From the NCBI GenBank assembly GCA_963747235.1, contig CAVVEU010000040.1, positions 544,001 through 608,000 on the forward strand: 64,000 nt of DNA. The letters run 5' to 3'. Origin of the DNA: an uncultured Candidatus Rokubacteria bacterium (GTDB lineage Bacteria; Methylomirabilota; Methylomirabilia; Rokubacteriales; CSP1-6). The notes beneath the pieces are model-generated. The model saw only the letters and a program-made list of their open reading frames with translations. It made no database searches and was not told the DNA's origin. Position 1 is the first letter of the stretch, and each line of letters opens with the position of its first letter. The translations under genes were made by a program, and so were the position numbers. Positions 8,903 through 19,371 of the stretch are shown here, in pieces.

Positions 8903-9671
8903 CTAGAGCGACACCTGGCCGCCGTCCACGTAGAGCGACGTGCCGGTCACGTAGGAGGCGTCGTCGGACGCGAGGAACAGGATGCAGGCGGCGACCTCGG
9001 CGGGCGTCCCCGGCCGCCGGAGCATGGTGCCGTGGCCGAACTCGGCCTGGAACTGCTCGAAGGTCTTGCCCGCGGTGGCGGCCCGCCGCTCATGGAAGCG
9101 GGTGAAGATCGGGCCCGGGCACACCGCGTTCACCCGGATCCCCTCGCCCGCGTGATCGAACGCCATCGCGCGGGTGAGGCCCGCCACCGCGGCCTTGGTG
9201 GTGTCGTACTGCACCATGTTGCCGCCCGCGACCACCGAGCGGATCGAGGCCACGTTCACGATGCTGCCGCCGCCGGTCTGGCGCATCAGGGGGATCGCCG
9301 CCTTCGCGCAGAACGCGTAGCCCTTCACGTTCACGGCCAGGATCGCGTCCCAGCTCTCCTCGCTCGCGTCCACCACCGTCTGGTAGAGGCGCATCCCCGC
9401 GTTGTTGACGAGGATGTCCAGCCGACCGAACTCGGCGTGGGCGGCCCGGACGAAGCGGACGCACTCGGCCTCCCGCTCGGTGTGCGTCTCCACGAAGATC
9501 GCGCGGGCGCCCTTGGCGCGGATCTCGTCGGCCACCACGCGGCCCCGCGCCGCGTCGATGATCCGCGAGGGCCACGTGCGCGCCCTCATCGGCCAGGCGC
9601 CGCGCGGTCGCCTCGCCGATCCCCGAGGCGCCGCCGGTGACCGCCGCCACCTTCCCGCTGAGCCGGCCCAT
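8903..9671 (-). CDS. Short-chain dehydrogenase/reductase, frameshift near 9560
   Basis: [19 protein letters not shown] then other frame [24 protein letters not shown]. Confidence 0.9.
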
Positions 9672-9684
9672 GCGCGCGCCGGCC

Positions 9685-10870
9685 TCAGCGCGCCAGCGCG
9701 GCGCGCATCACGGACAGCCCCACGCGCAGCGCCACCGGCAGGCCCGCCTCGTTCATCTCGAACTCCGGCGCGTGGTGCGGCCGGGCCGCGCCGGTCGCCG
9801 AGCCGATGCCGACGCGGAAGTAGCAGCCCGGGCGCTCGCGCAGGAAGAGGCTCATGTCGTCGCTGGCCATGACCACGCGCCCGTCGGTCACCGCCTCCCC
9901 GCCGACCTCGTCCACCGCGCAGCGCCCGCACGAACTCGGTCTCCTTGGCGTGGTTGACCACCGCCGGGCACGAGTAGTCGAAGCGCGTGGTCGCCTCCGC
10001 GCGGTAGGCCTTCGCGATATCGGCGGCGAAGGCGCCGAGCCGGGAGACGAGATGATCCCGCACCGACTGCTCGAAGGCGCGGATCGTGCCGCGCATGATC
10101 GCGCGGTCCGGGATGATGTTGCCCTTGGTGCCGGAGACGATCTGCCCCACCGTCAGCACCGCGGTGTCCTGGGCCGGGACCTCGCGCGAGATCAGGGCCT
10201 GCATGCCCAGCAGGATGCTCGCGGCGGCGGTGATGGGATCCACGGAGAGATGCGGCATCGCGCCGTGGCCGCCGCTGCCCCGCACCTCGACCGTGAAGGC
10301 GTCCGCCGAGGCCATGGACGGCCCGGGGCGCACCTGGACCTGGCCGACCGGCTGCTGGGTCGTGAGGTGCAGGCCGTAGATCTCCTCCACCCGCGGGTTC
10401 TCGAGCGCGCCCGCGTCGATCATCGGGCGCGCGCCGCCCAGCACCTCCTCGGCGGGCTGGAAGAGGAACACCGCCGTCCCGGGCATCTCCGCGCGCCGCG
10501 CGGCCAGGATGTCCGCCATCGTGATCGCGATCGCGGTGTGGCCGTCGTGCCCGCACGCGTGCATCACGCCCGGCGTGCCGGAGGTGAAGGGCGCCTCGAG
10601 CAGCTCGGTGAGCGGCAGCGCGTCGATGTCGGCGCGCCAGGCGATGGTCGGCCCCGGCCGGTCGCCGTGGAGCACGCCCACCACCCCGGTGCCACCGACG
10701 CCGGTCCGGACGTCCAGCTTCGCCGCGTGCAGGCGCTCCGCGATGATCTCCGCGGTGCGCCGCTCCTGATGGCTCAGCTCCGGATGGCGGTGGAAGTCGC
10801 GACGGAGCGCGACCAGATCGTCCGCGCGCTTGGTGATCTCCTGGCTCCATCCGGGGCGTGTCTTGCTCAT
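9685..10870 (-). CDS. M20 family amidohydrolase, frameshift near 9920
   Basis: [42 protein letters not shown]; C-terminus MASDDMS..HHAPEF in a second frame. Confidence 0.92.
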
Positions 10871-11053
10871 CCGGGCGTCTCCTCGCAGCGGTAGTTTTTA
10901 CGCGGTCCCGATGCTGCGCCGGGGGCCCGCCCGCTGTCAACCGCTCCCGTGCCCTGCCAAGATTGAGCCGCGCCGGTGACCACGGTGGGAACCTACCCGA
11001 TGGTCCAATACCGCCAACCCTTGGAATTGCCCGGCTTTCCTTCGTGTCGGGGC

Positions 11054-11069
11054 TGGCCCGTCGCTTGCT
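11054..11069 (+). promoter_or_regulatory. Sigma54-type promoter of PilZ gene
   Basis: TGGCCCG-TCGC-TTGCT, GG-N10-GC, 18 bp before ATG 11088. Confidence 0.7.
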
Positions 11070-11087
11070 CCACACTCTTGACCATCG

Positions 11088-11420
11088 ATGGAAGTCACCC
11101 CTCGCGTCGCCAGCCGCCGTCTGCACGTCCGGAAGCACGTCTCGTGGACCGCGTGGGTCACGGTCGGGAAGACCCGCGTGCGTTGCCACACCGTGGACCT
11201 GAGCGCCAATGGCGCCCGGCTCAAGCCGCGCGGGAACTTCCAGCCCGGGACGCCGATCGAGCTGCAGTTCCAGCCTCCGGATGGACCGTTGATGGAGGTC
11301 GCCGCGGTCGTGTGGCGGGTGGAATCGGACAGCATGGCCGTCATGTTCCTCCGCAACATCGCGGTGCAGGTGACCGCGCCCACCCGGATGCCGGAGCACG
11401 GCCGCCGCGGCTGGCGATAG
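11088..11420 (+). CDS. Single-domain PilZ protein (c-di-GMP receptor)
   Basis: RRLHVR (RxxxR) and DLSANG (DxSxxG) c-di-GMP-binding motifs, AAVVWR. Confidence 0.85.
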   Translation: MEVTPRVASRRLHVRKHVSWTAWVTVGKTRVRCHTVDLSANGARLKPRGNFQPGTPIELQFQPPDGPLMEVAAVVWRVESDSMAVMFLRNIAVQVTAPTRMPEHGRRGWR

Positions 11421-11502
11421 TCCCCTTCCTCGCGATTCCCCCGCGACGTCACCGTCACTGAGCGGTGAGCCCAGCCCCATGAGAACATGGGGCATCTCCT
11501 CC

Positions 11503-12736
11503 ATGACCCCCAGACCCTTGATCGACACCCTGACCACCCTGCTGGCCACAACGCTCCTGATCGGCTGCGGCAGCGACTATCCGACCACGGGCGCCCCGAA
11601 ATCCGCCCCGGCGGGGACCGCGGGCGCCGCGACTCCCGCCAAGAGCACATCGGTCCGGGTCGTGCCCGCGATGGAGGAGCGCGCGGCGGGCGTGGTGGTG
11701 GCCTCCGGCACGCTCGCGGCCGAGGAGCAGGTCGTGCTGGGGATGAAGGTCGCGGGCCGGCTCGCCGAGATCACGGTGGACCTGGGGACCCGGGTCAAGA
11801 AGGGTGACGTCGTGGCGCGCCTCGATCCCACCGACTTCCGGCTCCGGGTGCAGCTCGTGGAGAACGCCATCCAGCAGGCGCGGGCGCGCCTCGGCCTGTC
11901 GCAGGACGGCGCGAGCGACCGCGTGGATCCCGACAAGACCCCGTTGGTCCGCCAGGCCCAAGCGGTGCTCGACGAGGCGCGGCTCACCCGCGATCGGCGC
12001 GTCAAGCTGTGGGAGCAGCAGTTCATCGCGCGGGCCGAGCTCGACGCCGCGGAGGCCGCGGCCAAGGTCGCGGAGGGCCGCTATCACGACGCGGTCGAGG
12101 AAGTGAACAATCGCCTCGGCGTCCTCGCCGAGAAGCGCACCGAGCTCGAGCTGGCCCGGCAGCAGCTCGCGGACACCGTGCTGCGGGCCCCGATCGACGG
12201 GGCCATGAACGCGCGGCAGGCCGCGGTGGGCGAGTTCCTGAACGCGGGCGCGCCGGTGGCGACGCTGGTGCGCATCAACCCGCTGCGGCTCCGGCTCGCG
12301 GTGCCCGAGCGCGAGGCGGCCTCGATCCGCCAGGGCCAGCGCGTGCGCCTGATCCTCGAGAGCGATCCGACGGTGTACGAGGGCCACGTGGCGCGGCTGG
12401 CCCCGCGATCAGCGAGCAGAACCGCTCGCTGATGATCGAGGCCGAGATCCCCAACGAGCAGGGCCGGCTGCGGCCGGGCGCCTTCGCCCGCGGGGAGATC
12501 GTCGTGCAGCCGGACCGCAGGCTCGTCACCGTGCCCGCGGAGGCGCTCGTCACCTTCGCGGGGATCGAGAAGGTCCTCGTGGTCGAGAACGGGCGCGCGG
12601 TCGAGAAGCGCGTGACCACCGGCCGCCGCACCGCCGATCGCGTCGAGATCCTCTCCGGCCTCGCCGCGGGCGAGCAGGTCATCGTCCAGCCCGGGCACCC
12701 TCGCGGCCGGGCAGCCGGTCACCGCGAGCTCCCTGA
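11503..12736 (+). CDS. RND efflux periplasmic adaptor (membrane fusion protein), frameshifted
   Basis: Lipobox LLIGC, VAGRLAEITVDLGTRVKKGDVVARLD, LRAPIDG, LRPGAFARGEI; frame breaks near 12405 and 12690. Confidence 0.88.
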
Positions 12737-12737
12737 C

Positions 12738-15700
12738 GTGCAGAAGCTCGCCGAGGTCTGCATCCGCCGGCCCGTCTTCGCCGCGATGCTCATCCTCGCG
12801 CTCGTGCGTGGTCGGCGCGGCCAGCTACTTCCGCCTCGGCGTCGACCGCTTCCCGTCGTCGACCTGCCCACCGTCACGCGTGCGCACCATCGCTCGCCGG
12901 GCGCCTCCCCCGAGGAGATGGAGATCCAGGTCTCCCAGCGCATCGAGGAGGCCGTCAACACGGTCGAGGGCATCAACGAGCTGCGCTCGATCTCCGGCGC
13001 CGGGCAGCTCGGTCGTGATCGTCACCTTCGAGCTGTCGCCGCGACATCGACGTCGCGACCCAGGACGTGCGCGACCGCGTCGCGACCGTGCTCCGCAACC
13101 TCCCGCGCGACACCGCTCCGCCGATCGTCTCCAAGTCCGACAACGAGTCCACGCCGGTGCTGACGGTCGCGCTGCGCGGCGACCGCCCGCTGCGCGAGCT
13201 GACCGAGATCGCGGACAAGGTCGTCAAGGTGCAGCTCGAGCGCTCGCTCGGGCGTCGGCGAGGTGCGCCTCGTCGGCGGCCTCGAGCGCGCGATCAACGT
13301 CTGGGTCGACGCCGACCGGCTGGCCGCCTACCAGCTCCCGATCACCGCGGTGCGCGACGCGCTCGTCCGCCAGAACGCCGACGTCCCCGGCGGCAACGTC
13401 ACCGAGGGCGCCGCACGAGCCGGCCCTGCGCACGATGGGCCGCGTCCCGGACCCGCAGGCCTTCGACGACCTGGTCATCGCCACCCTCGACGGCGCGCCG
13501 GTCCGCGTGCGCGACGTCGGCCGCGCCGAGGACGGCACCAAGGAGCAGCGCTCGCTCGCGCGCCTCGACGGCGTGCCGACCGTGACGCTCGAGGTCCGCC
13601 GGCAGTCGGGCGCCAACACGGTCGCGGTCATCGAGGCGGCCAAGGCGAACCTGGCCCGGATCGCCGGCGCAGCTCCCGCCCGACGTCCGGCTCGAGGTGA
13701 TCCGCGACCAGTCGCGCTACATCTACGCGGCGCTGCACGAGATCAACGTGCACCTCGTCCTGGGCAGCATCCTCGCCTGCCTGGTCGTGCTGGCCTTCAT
13801 GCGGAGCTGGCGCTCGACCCTCATCGCGGCGGTCGCCATCCCCGCCTCGGTGATCGCGACCTTCGGCATGATGTGGGCGCTCGACTTCACGCTCAACAGC
13901 GTGACGATGCTGGCGCTCGTGCTGATGGTCGGCATCGTCATCGACGACGCGATCGTGGTGCTCGAGAACATCTTCCGCTTCGTCGAGGAGAAGAAGATGG
14001 CGCCGTTCGCGGCGGCGCGCGCGGCCACCGCCGAGATCGGCCTCGCCGTGCTCGCGACGACGCTCAGCCTCGTCGTGATCTTCGTGCCGGTCTCGTTCAT
14101 GTCGCGCATCTCGGGGCGCTTCCTCTACCAGTTCGGCATCACCGCGGCGGTGGCGGTGCTGGTCAGCCTGCTGGTGTCGTTCACGCTGACGCCGATGATG
14201 AGCGCGCGGCTCCTGCGCGGCGACGCGCTCAGGGCGGAGGCGGGCGGCGAGGCCGCCTCCCGCGGCGGCTTCTACGCCTGGCTCGACCGCGGCTACGCGT
14301 GGTCGCTCGGGCTCGCGCTGCGCCACCGCGCCGCTGGTCGCGGTCGTCGCGGCGCTGGTGATCGCGTCCTCCGTGCCGCTCTACGGGCTCGTGCGCCAGG
14401 AGTACATCCCGACCGACGTCGACGAGGCGGAGTTCGACGTCCACGTCACCGGCCCCCGAGGGCACGAGCGTGGCCGCGATGGACGAGGTCGATGCGCGCG
14501 GTCGCGAAGGAGATCGCGCGCGCACCCGGGCGTGCGCCTCGTGCTCGCCTCGGCGGGCGGCGGCTTCCTCGGCCAGGTCAACCAGGGCACGGCCTACGTG
14601 CGCATCGCGCCGCACGAGGAGCGCACCTTCTCGTTCACGCGCGTCTGGCAGCGGCCTCGCGTCCGGCGACCCGCTCGGCGGCCTTCCGCGGCAACTACAC
14701 CCAGCGCGACGTGATGCAGGAGGTGCGGCGCCGGCTGGCCCGGATCCCCGACCTGCGCATCTCGGTGCGCAACGCGCCCGTCGTTCAACATCGGCGGCGG
14801 CAGCTTCGACATCGACTTCGCCATCCGCGGGCCCGGACCTCGACGACGCTGGCGCGACTACGCCGAGACCCTGCGGGACCGCGCGCGCGAGCTCGGCGGC
14901 ATCGCCGACGCCGACACCACGCTCAAGCTCGACAAGCCCGAGCTGCGCGTCGAGATCGACCGCGACGCGCGCCGCCGACCTCGGCGTCGACACCGAGCGA
15001 CATCGCGACGGCGCTGCGCCTCATGGTCGGCGGCGACGAGGACGTCTCGCGCTTCCGCGATCCGACCGTGAACGAGGACTACGACGTGCAGCTGCGGCTC
15101 GCGGAGGGCGACCGCAGCGACCCGGCGACGATCTCGCGGCTCTACGTGCCCGCGCCAGGACGGCGGGCTCGTGCGGCTCGACAACGTCGTGCAGCTCGTG
15201 CCCGCGCGACGGCGGCGTCGCGCATCGACCGCCTCGACCGCCAGCGCGAGGTCGCGGCTGCGCGCCTCGGTCGCGCCCGGCTTCGCGCCTGGCCGACCGC
15301 CTCGAGGCGCTGCGCGAGCGCGGTCGCCGACGATGAACCTGCCCGCCGGCCTACACGACCGCGATCGTCGGGCCGCGGCCGCGAGCTCGAGCGCACCTTC
15401 GCGGAGTTCCTGTGGGCGTTCCTGCTCTCGGTCGTCTTCATGTACATGATCCTGGCCTCGCAGTTCGAGAGCCTGGTCCACCCGCTGACGATCCTGCTCT
15501 CGCTGCCGCTCGTCGGTGCCGTTCGCGCTCCTCTCGCTCTGGCTCACCGGCAACACGCTCAACCTCTACTCGGCGCTCGGCATCCTCGTGCTCTTCGGCG
15601 TCGTGAAGAAGAACTCGATCCTGCAGATCGACCACATGAACACGCTGCGCGACCCACGGCATCGACCGCCTGCGCCGCGATCCTGCAGGCCAACCGCGAC

Positions 15701-15961
15701 CGCCTGCGGCCGATCCTGATGACCACGCTGGCGCTGGTCGCCGGCATGCTGCCGCTCGCGCTCGGCACCGGGCCGGGCGCGGAGGAGCGCCGCGCGATCG
15801 CGGTCGTGGTGATCGGCGGCCAGACCCTCTCGCTGCTGCTGACGCTGCTCGTGACGCCGGTGGCGTACTCGCTCTTCGACGACCTCGCGCGCATGCTGGG
15901 CTGGCAGAGCCTGGTCCGCATCGGCCGGCGCGGCCTCCGCGCCGCGCGCGCCCGCCGCTAG
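12738..15961 (+). CDS. RND efflux permease (AcrB/MdtB family), multiple frameshifts
   Basis: [15 protein letters not shown].., [59 protein letters not shown] distributed across all three frames. Confidence 0.9.
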
Positions 15962-15980
15962 ACGGGCCCGGCCGGGACGC

Positions 15981-16002
15981 GGGGCCCCGCCGCGGCCCCT
16001 TT
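15981..16002 (+). terminator. Possible intrinsic terminator after RND permease
   Basis: GGGGCC-ccgccgc-GGCCCC followed by only TTT. Confidence 0.4.
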
Positions 16003-16029
16003 GACAGCCCGTCTCCGTTCCCATACACT
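16001..16029 (+). promoter_or_regulatory. Sigma70-type promoter
   Basis: TTGACA-17 bp-TACACT upstream of ATG 16067. Confidence 0.75.
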
Positions 16030-16066
16030 CCGCGGCGTATCGATCTCCCGGCTCCTGGGGGACCTC

Positions 16067-16384
16067 ATGAGGCTCCGTCCGCTCGAGCTCGCTCGCCCGC
16101 TCGTCCTCGTCGCGCTCGTGGTGTCGGTGGCCACCGTCGTGTCGCACGCGATCCCGTCTCGGCCCAGCAGTGGCCCGAGCGGCGGGGCCAGGGCGTCTGC
16201 TACTGCGCAGCACGGGTGGTGTCCGCTGGACCGGGCGGAGCGCATTCCGGTCGGGACCGCGTGCTACTGCATCCTGCCGGACCGGCGGACCATCTCCGGC
16301 ATCACGAGCCCACTCTACTACCACGGCCGCGTCAATCCCTACTTCAATCTGCACCCACCGGCGGTCCCGACGCTGATCAAGTGA
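16067..16384 (+). CDS. Small secreted Cys-containing hypothetical protein
   Basis: Hydrophobic N-terminal signal, WCP..ACYC, PYFNLH; preceded by a promoter and followed by the RBS of the next gene. Confidence 0.6.
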   Translation: MRLRPLELARPLVLVALVVSVATVVSHAIPSRPSSGPSGGARASATAQHGWCPLDRAERIPVGTACYCILPDRRTISGITSPLYYHGRVNPYFNLHPPAVPTLIK

Positions 16385-16391
16385 GGAAGAC

Positions 16392-16720
16392 ATGAACAAG
16401 CTCATCGTGGGAGCCCTGATGCTGCTGGCCGCCGTCGGCCAGGTCGCGGTCGCGACAGCGCAAGACGAGTCGCCGCCGCCGCCCGCCGACGAGCGCGCCG
16501 CCCCCGCCGACTGTCCCCTGAACCGACCAGCCACTGCCGTGGTGGTTCAGACGCACCCCGAGCATGCCGGGCATGCCGTGGTTCTATCGCGCGCCCACGC
16601 CGCCCCCGCCGCGACAGTGCCGGGTCGTGTCCTGGTATCTGGCGCAGTTCTGGAACACCGACGAGTGGGGGAAGACGGTGACCTGGGTGGGCTACGCAGC
16701 CGCAGTACGCCTGCAACTAG
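16392..16720 (+). CDS. Small secreted Pro/Trp-rich hypothetical protein, probably frameshifted
   Basis: GAGGA RBS, signal peptide MNKLIVGALMLLAAVGQVAVATAQ; most plausible continuation switches frame to LPWWFRR..QCRVVSWYLAQFW..GY and again to QPQYACN-stop. Confidence 0.5.
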
Positions 16721-16771
16721 CGACGCAAGTTCCGTCGCGCGCCCCTCCGGATCTCTGCTAGCGTGCCTGGC

Positions 16772-17788
16772 GTGAGCGAGCCGGCGACGTGGCGCGAGGT
16801 GATCCCGGAGGGCGAGGCCGCGCGCCTCGAAGGCCTCGCGACGCGCCTCCTCGGCAGTGGCCGGCTCGACGGCCGGCCGCTCCACCGCAAGACGCTCGCC
16901 GCGCTGCACGCGCGCTTCGAGGTGACCGAGGCGCCGCGCGACCTGCGCCACGGCCTCTTCGCCGAGCCGGGGAGCTACGACGCCTTCGTGCGCTTCTCCT
17001 CGGGCGCGGGCCAGGCGCGGAGCGACCGCGGGCCGGACGTGCGCGGCCTCGCGGTCAAGATCCTCGGCGTCACCGGTCGGAAGGTGATCGCGGGTCTCGA
17101 GACCGCGACGACGCAGGACTTCCTCACGATCCTCTCGCCCACCTTCCCGTTCAAGGATCCGGCCGCCTTCGTGGACATCGCGGTGGCGTCCCGCCGGGGC
17201 AAGCTCGCGGTGGTGCGCGCGGTGCTGAAGCACTTCGGCCCGCTCGGCCTCTTCGGGGCGCTGCCCCGACTGCAGCGCGCGCTGGACTCCTCCATGCGGA
17301 GCCTGGCCGAGCGCACCTACTTCACCGCGGTCCCGCTGCGCCTCGGCCCCCACGCGGTCAAGCTGCGCTTCCGCCCGACCGACGTGCCCCCGCCGGTGCC
17401 GCCGGTGGGCGGTCCCGACGCGCTCGCGGTCGAGCTCCAGGCCCGCGTGCGGGCGTCCCCGCTGTCCTTCCGCGTCGAGGCGCAGCGCTTCGTGGACGAG
17501 TTCCGCACCCCGATCGAGGATCCGACCGTGGAGTGGACCGAGCGTGACGCGCCGTGGGTCGCCCTGGCCCGCCTGGCGATCCCCGCGCAGGCGCCCGAGT
17601 CGCGCGCGGGCCGGGCGCTGGCCGCCTACGTGGAGCGCCTGTCCTTCGATCCGTGGCACGCCCTGGTCGAGCACCGGCCGCTCGGAGTGGTCATGCGGGC
17701 GCGGGCGGTCGCCTACCGGCACGCGGTCCTCGCCCGCGGCGCCATCTCCGAGCTGGAGGTCAAGCCGCCATCCGCCGTGATGGGCTGA
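16772..17788 (+). CDS. Catalase-like heme protein (small catalase-related family)
   Basis: RPLHRK distal His, GLFAEP, VRFSSG, DVRGLAVK, QDFL, FDPWH..HRPLG..RARAVAY proximal Tyr. Confidence 0.85.
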   Translation: MSEPATWREVIPEGEAARLEGLATRLLGSGRLDGRPLHRKTLAALHARFEVTEAPRDLRHGLFAEPGSYDAFVRFSSGAGQARSDRGPDVRGLAVKILGVTGRKVIAGLETATTQDFLTILSPTFPFKDPAAFVDIAVASRRGKLAVVRAVLKHFGPLGLFGALPRLQRALDSSMRSLAERTYFTAVPLRLGPHAVKLRFRPTDVPPPVPPVGGPDALAVELQARVRASPLSFRVEAQRFVDEFRTPIEDPTVEWTERDAPWVALARLAIPAQAPESRAGRALAAYVERLSFDPWHALVEHRPLGVVMRARAVAYRHAVLARGAISELEVKPPSAVMG

Positions 17789-17826
17789 CGCGCGAGCGCA
17801 TATACCACCGGCTCAAGGAGACCACG

Positions 17827-19371
17827 ATGAACGGTGCGGAGAGCCTGGCGCGAACGCTGGTGGCGGGTGGGGTCAACGTGTGCTTCACGAACCCGGGCAC
17901 GTCGGAGATGCACTTCGTGGCCGCGCTGGACAAGGTGGACGGCATCCGCTGCGTGCTCGGCCTCTTCGAGGGCGTGGTGACGGGCGCGGCCGACGGCTAC
18001 TGGCGCATGGCCGACAAGCCGGCCGCCACCCTGCTGCACCTGGGGCCCGGGCTCGGCAACGGGCTCGCCAACCTCCACAACGCGCGCAAGGCCAGCTCCG
18101 GCATCGTCAACATCGTGGGCGAGCACGCGACCTACCACATCAAGCACGACGCGCCGCTCACCTCGGACATCGAGGGCATCGCGCGCCCGGTCTCCGCCTG
18201 GGTGCGCACGTCGCCCAGCGCCCGCGCGGTGGCCGCCGACGGCGCCGCCGCCATCGCGGCCGCGCGCACCGCGCCCGGCCAGGTCGCGACGCTGATCCTG
18301 CCCGCCGACACCGCGTGGAACGAGGCCGACGGCGTCGCGCCGGTCCCGCCGGCGGCCGCGCCCGCGGCGGTCGGCACGGACGCGATCGAGCGCTGCGCCA
18401 AGGCGCTGCGCTCGGGCGAGCCGGCCATGCTCATGCTGACGGGTCTCGCGGTCCGCGAGCGCGGCCTGGCGCTGGCCGGTCGCATCGCCACCGCGACCGG
18501 GGCGCGCATCATCGCCCAGGGCTCCAACGCCCGCATCCAGCGCGGCGCCGGGCGCGTGCCGATCGAGCGGCTGCCGTACCCGGTGGACCAGGCGCTCGCG
18601 GTGCTGAAGGACGTGCGGCATCTCATCCTGGTCGGCGCGAAGGCCCCGGTGGCCTTCTTCGCCTATCCGGACAAGCCCAGCGTGCTCACCCCCGACGGCT
18701 GCCAGGTGCACCGGCTCTCGACGATGGCCGACGACTCGATCGGCGCGCTGGAGGCGCTGGCCGAGGCGGTCGGGGCCAAGAAGAACGGCGAGGTGGTCCA
18801 GCAGCCCGGTCGGCCCGCGCTCCCGACCGGCGCGCTCACGCCCGACACGCTGGCCGCCGCGCTCGGCGCGCTGCTCCCCGAGGGCGCCATCGTCTCCGAC
18901 GAGTCGGTGACCACCGGCCGCGGCTTCTTCAAGGCGACCGCGGGCGCCCCGCCCCACGACTGGCTGAACAACATGGGCGGCTCCATCGGCCTGGGCCTCC
19001 CGCTCGCCACCGGCGCGGCGGTGGCGTGCCCCGACCGCAAGGTCGTGTGCCTCGAGGGCGACGGCAGCGGCATGTACACGCTGCAGGCGCTCTGGACGCA
19101 GGCGCGCGAAGGGCTCGACGTGACCACCGTGGTCTTCGCCAACCGCACGTACGCGATCCTGCGGCACGAGCTGAGCGGCGTCCGCGCCGGGACGCCCGGC
19201 CCCAAGGCGGCCGACATGCTCGACATCGGCCGCCCGGATCTCGACTGGGTCTCGCTCGCGCGCGGCATGGGCGTGCCCGCGAGCCGCGCCACCACCGCGG
19301 AGGAGTTCAACAAGCAGTTCGCGGCCGGCCTCGCCGCGCCCGGCCCCTACCTGATCGAGGCCGTCCTCTAG
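17827..19371 (+). CDS. ThDP-dependent acetolactate synthase large subunit-like protein
   Basis: NPGTSEMH, LFEGVVTGAADG, LHLGPGLGNG, GDGSGMYTLQALWT..N ThDP motif. Confidence 0.92.
   Translation: MNGAESLARTLVAGGVNVCFTNPGTSEMHFVAALDKVDGIRCVLGLFEGVVTGAADGYWRMADKPAATLLHLGPGLGNGLANLHNARKASSGIVNIVGEHATYHIKHDAPLTSDIEGIARPVSAWVRTSPSARAVAADGAAAIAAARTAPGQVATLILPADTAWNEADGVAPVPPAAAPAAVGTDAIERCAKALRSGEPAMLMLTGLAVRERGLALAGRIATATGARIIAQGSNARIQRGAGRVPIERLPYPVDQALAVLKDVRHLILVGAKAPVAFFAYPDKPSVLTPDGCQVHRLSTMADDSIGALEALAEAVGAKKNGEVVQQPGRPALPTGALTPDTLAAALGALLPEGAIVSDESVTTGRGFFKATAGAPPHDWLNNMGGSIGLGLPLATGAAVACPDRKVVCLEGDGSGMYTLQALWTQAREGLDVTTVVFANRTYAILRHELSGVRAGTPGPKAADMLDIGRPDLDWVSLARGMGVPASRATTAEEFNKQFAAGLAAPGPYLIEAVL

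Noticed and set aside
8903-10870. Apparent M20 peptidase-SDR fusion (655 aa in ORF track)
   Set aside because: Produced by two frameshifts; each gene has its own start and stop in other frames.
10991-11010. Fourth copy of the GGTCCACTA box upstream of PilZ (GGTCCAATA)
   Set aside because: Only one half-site and no -10 at the conserved spacing.
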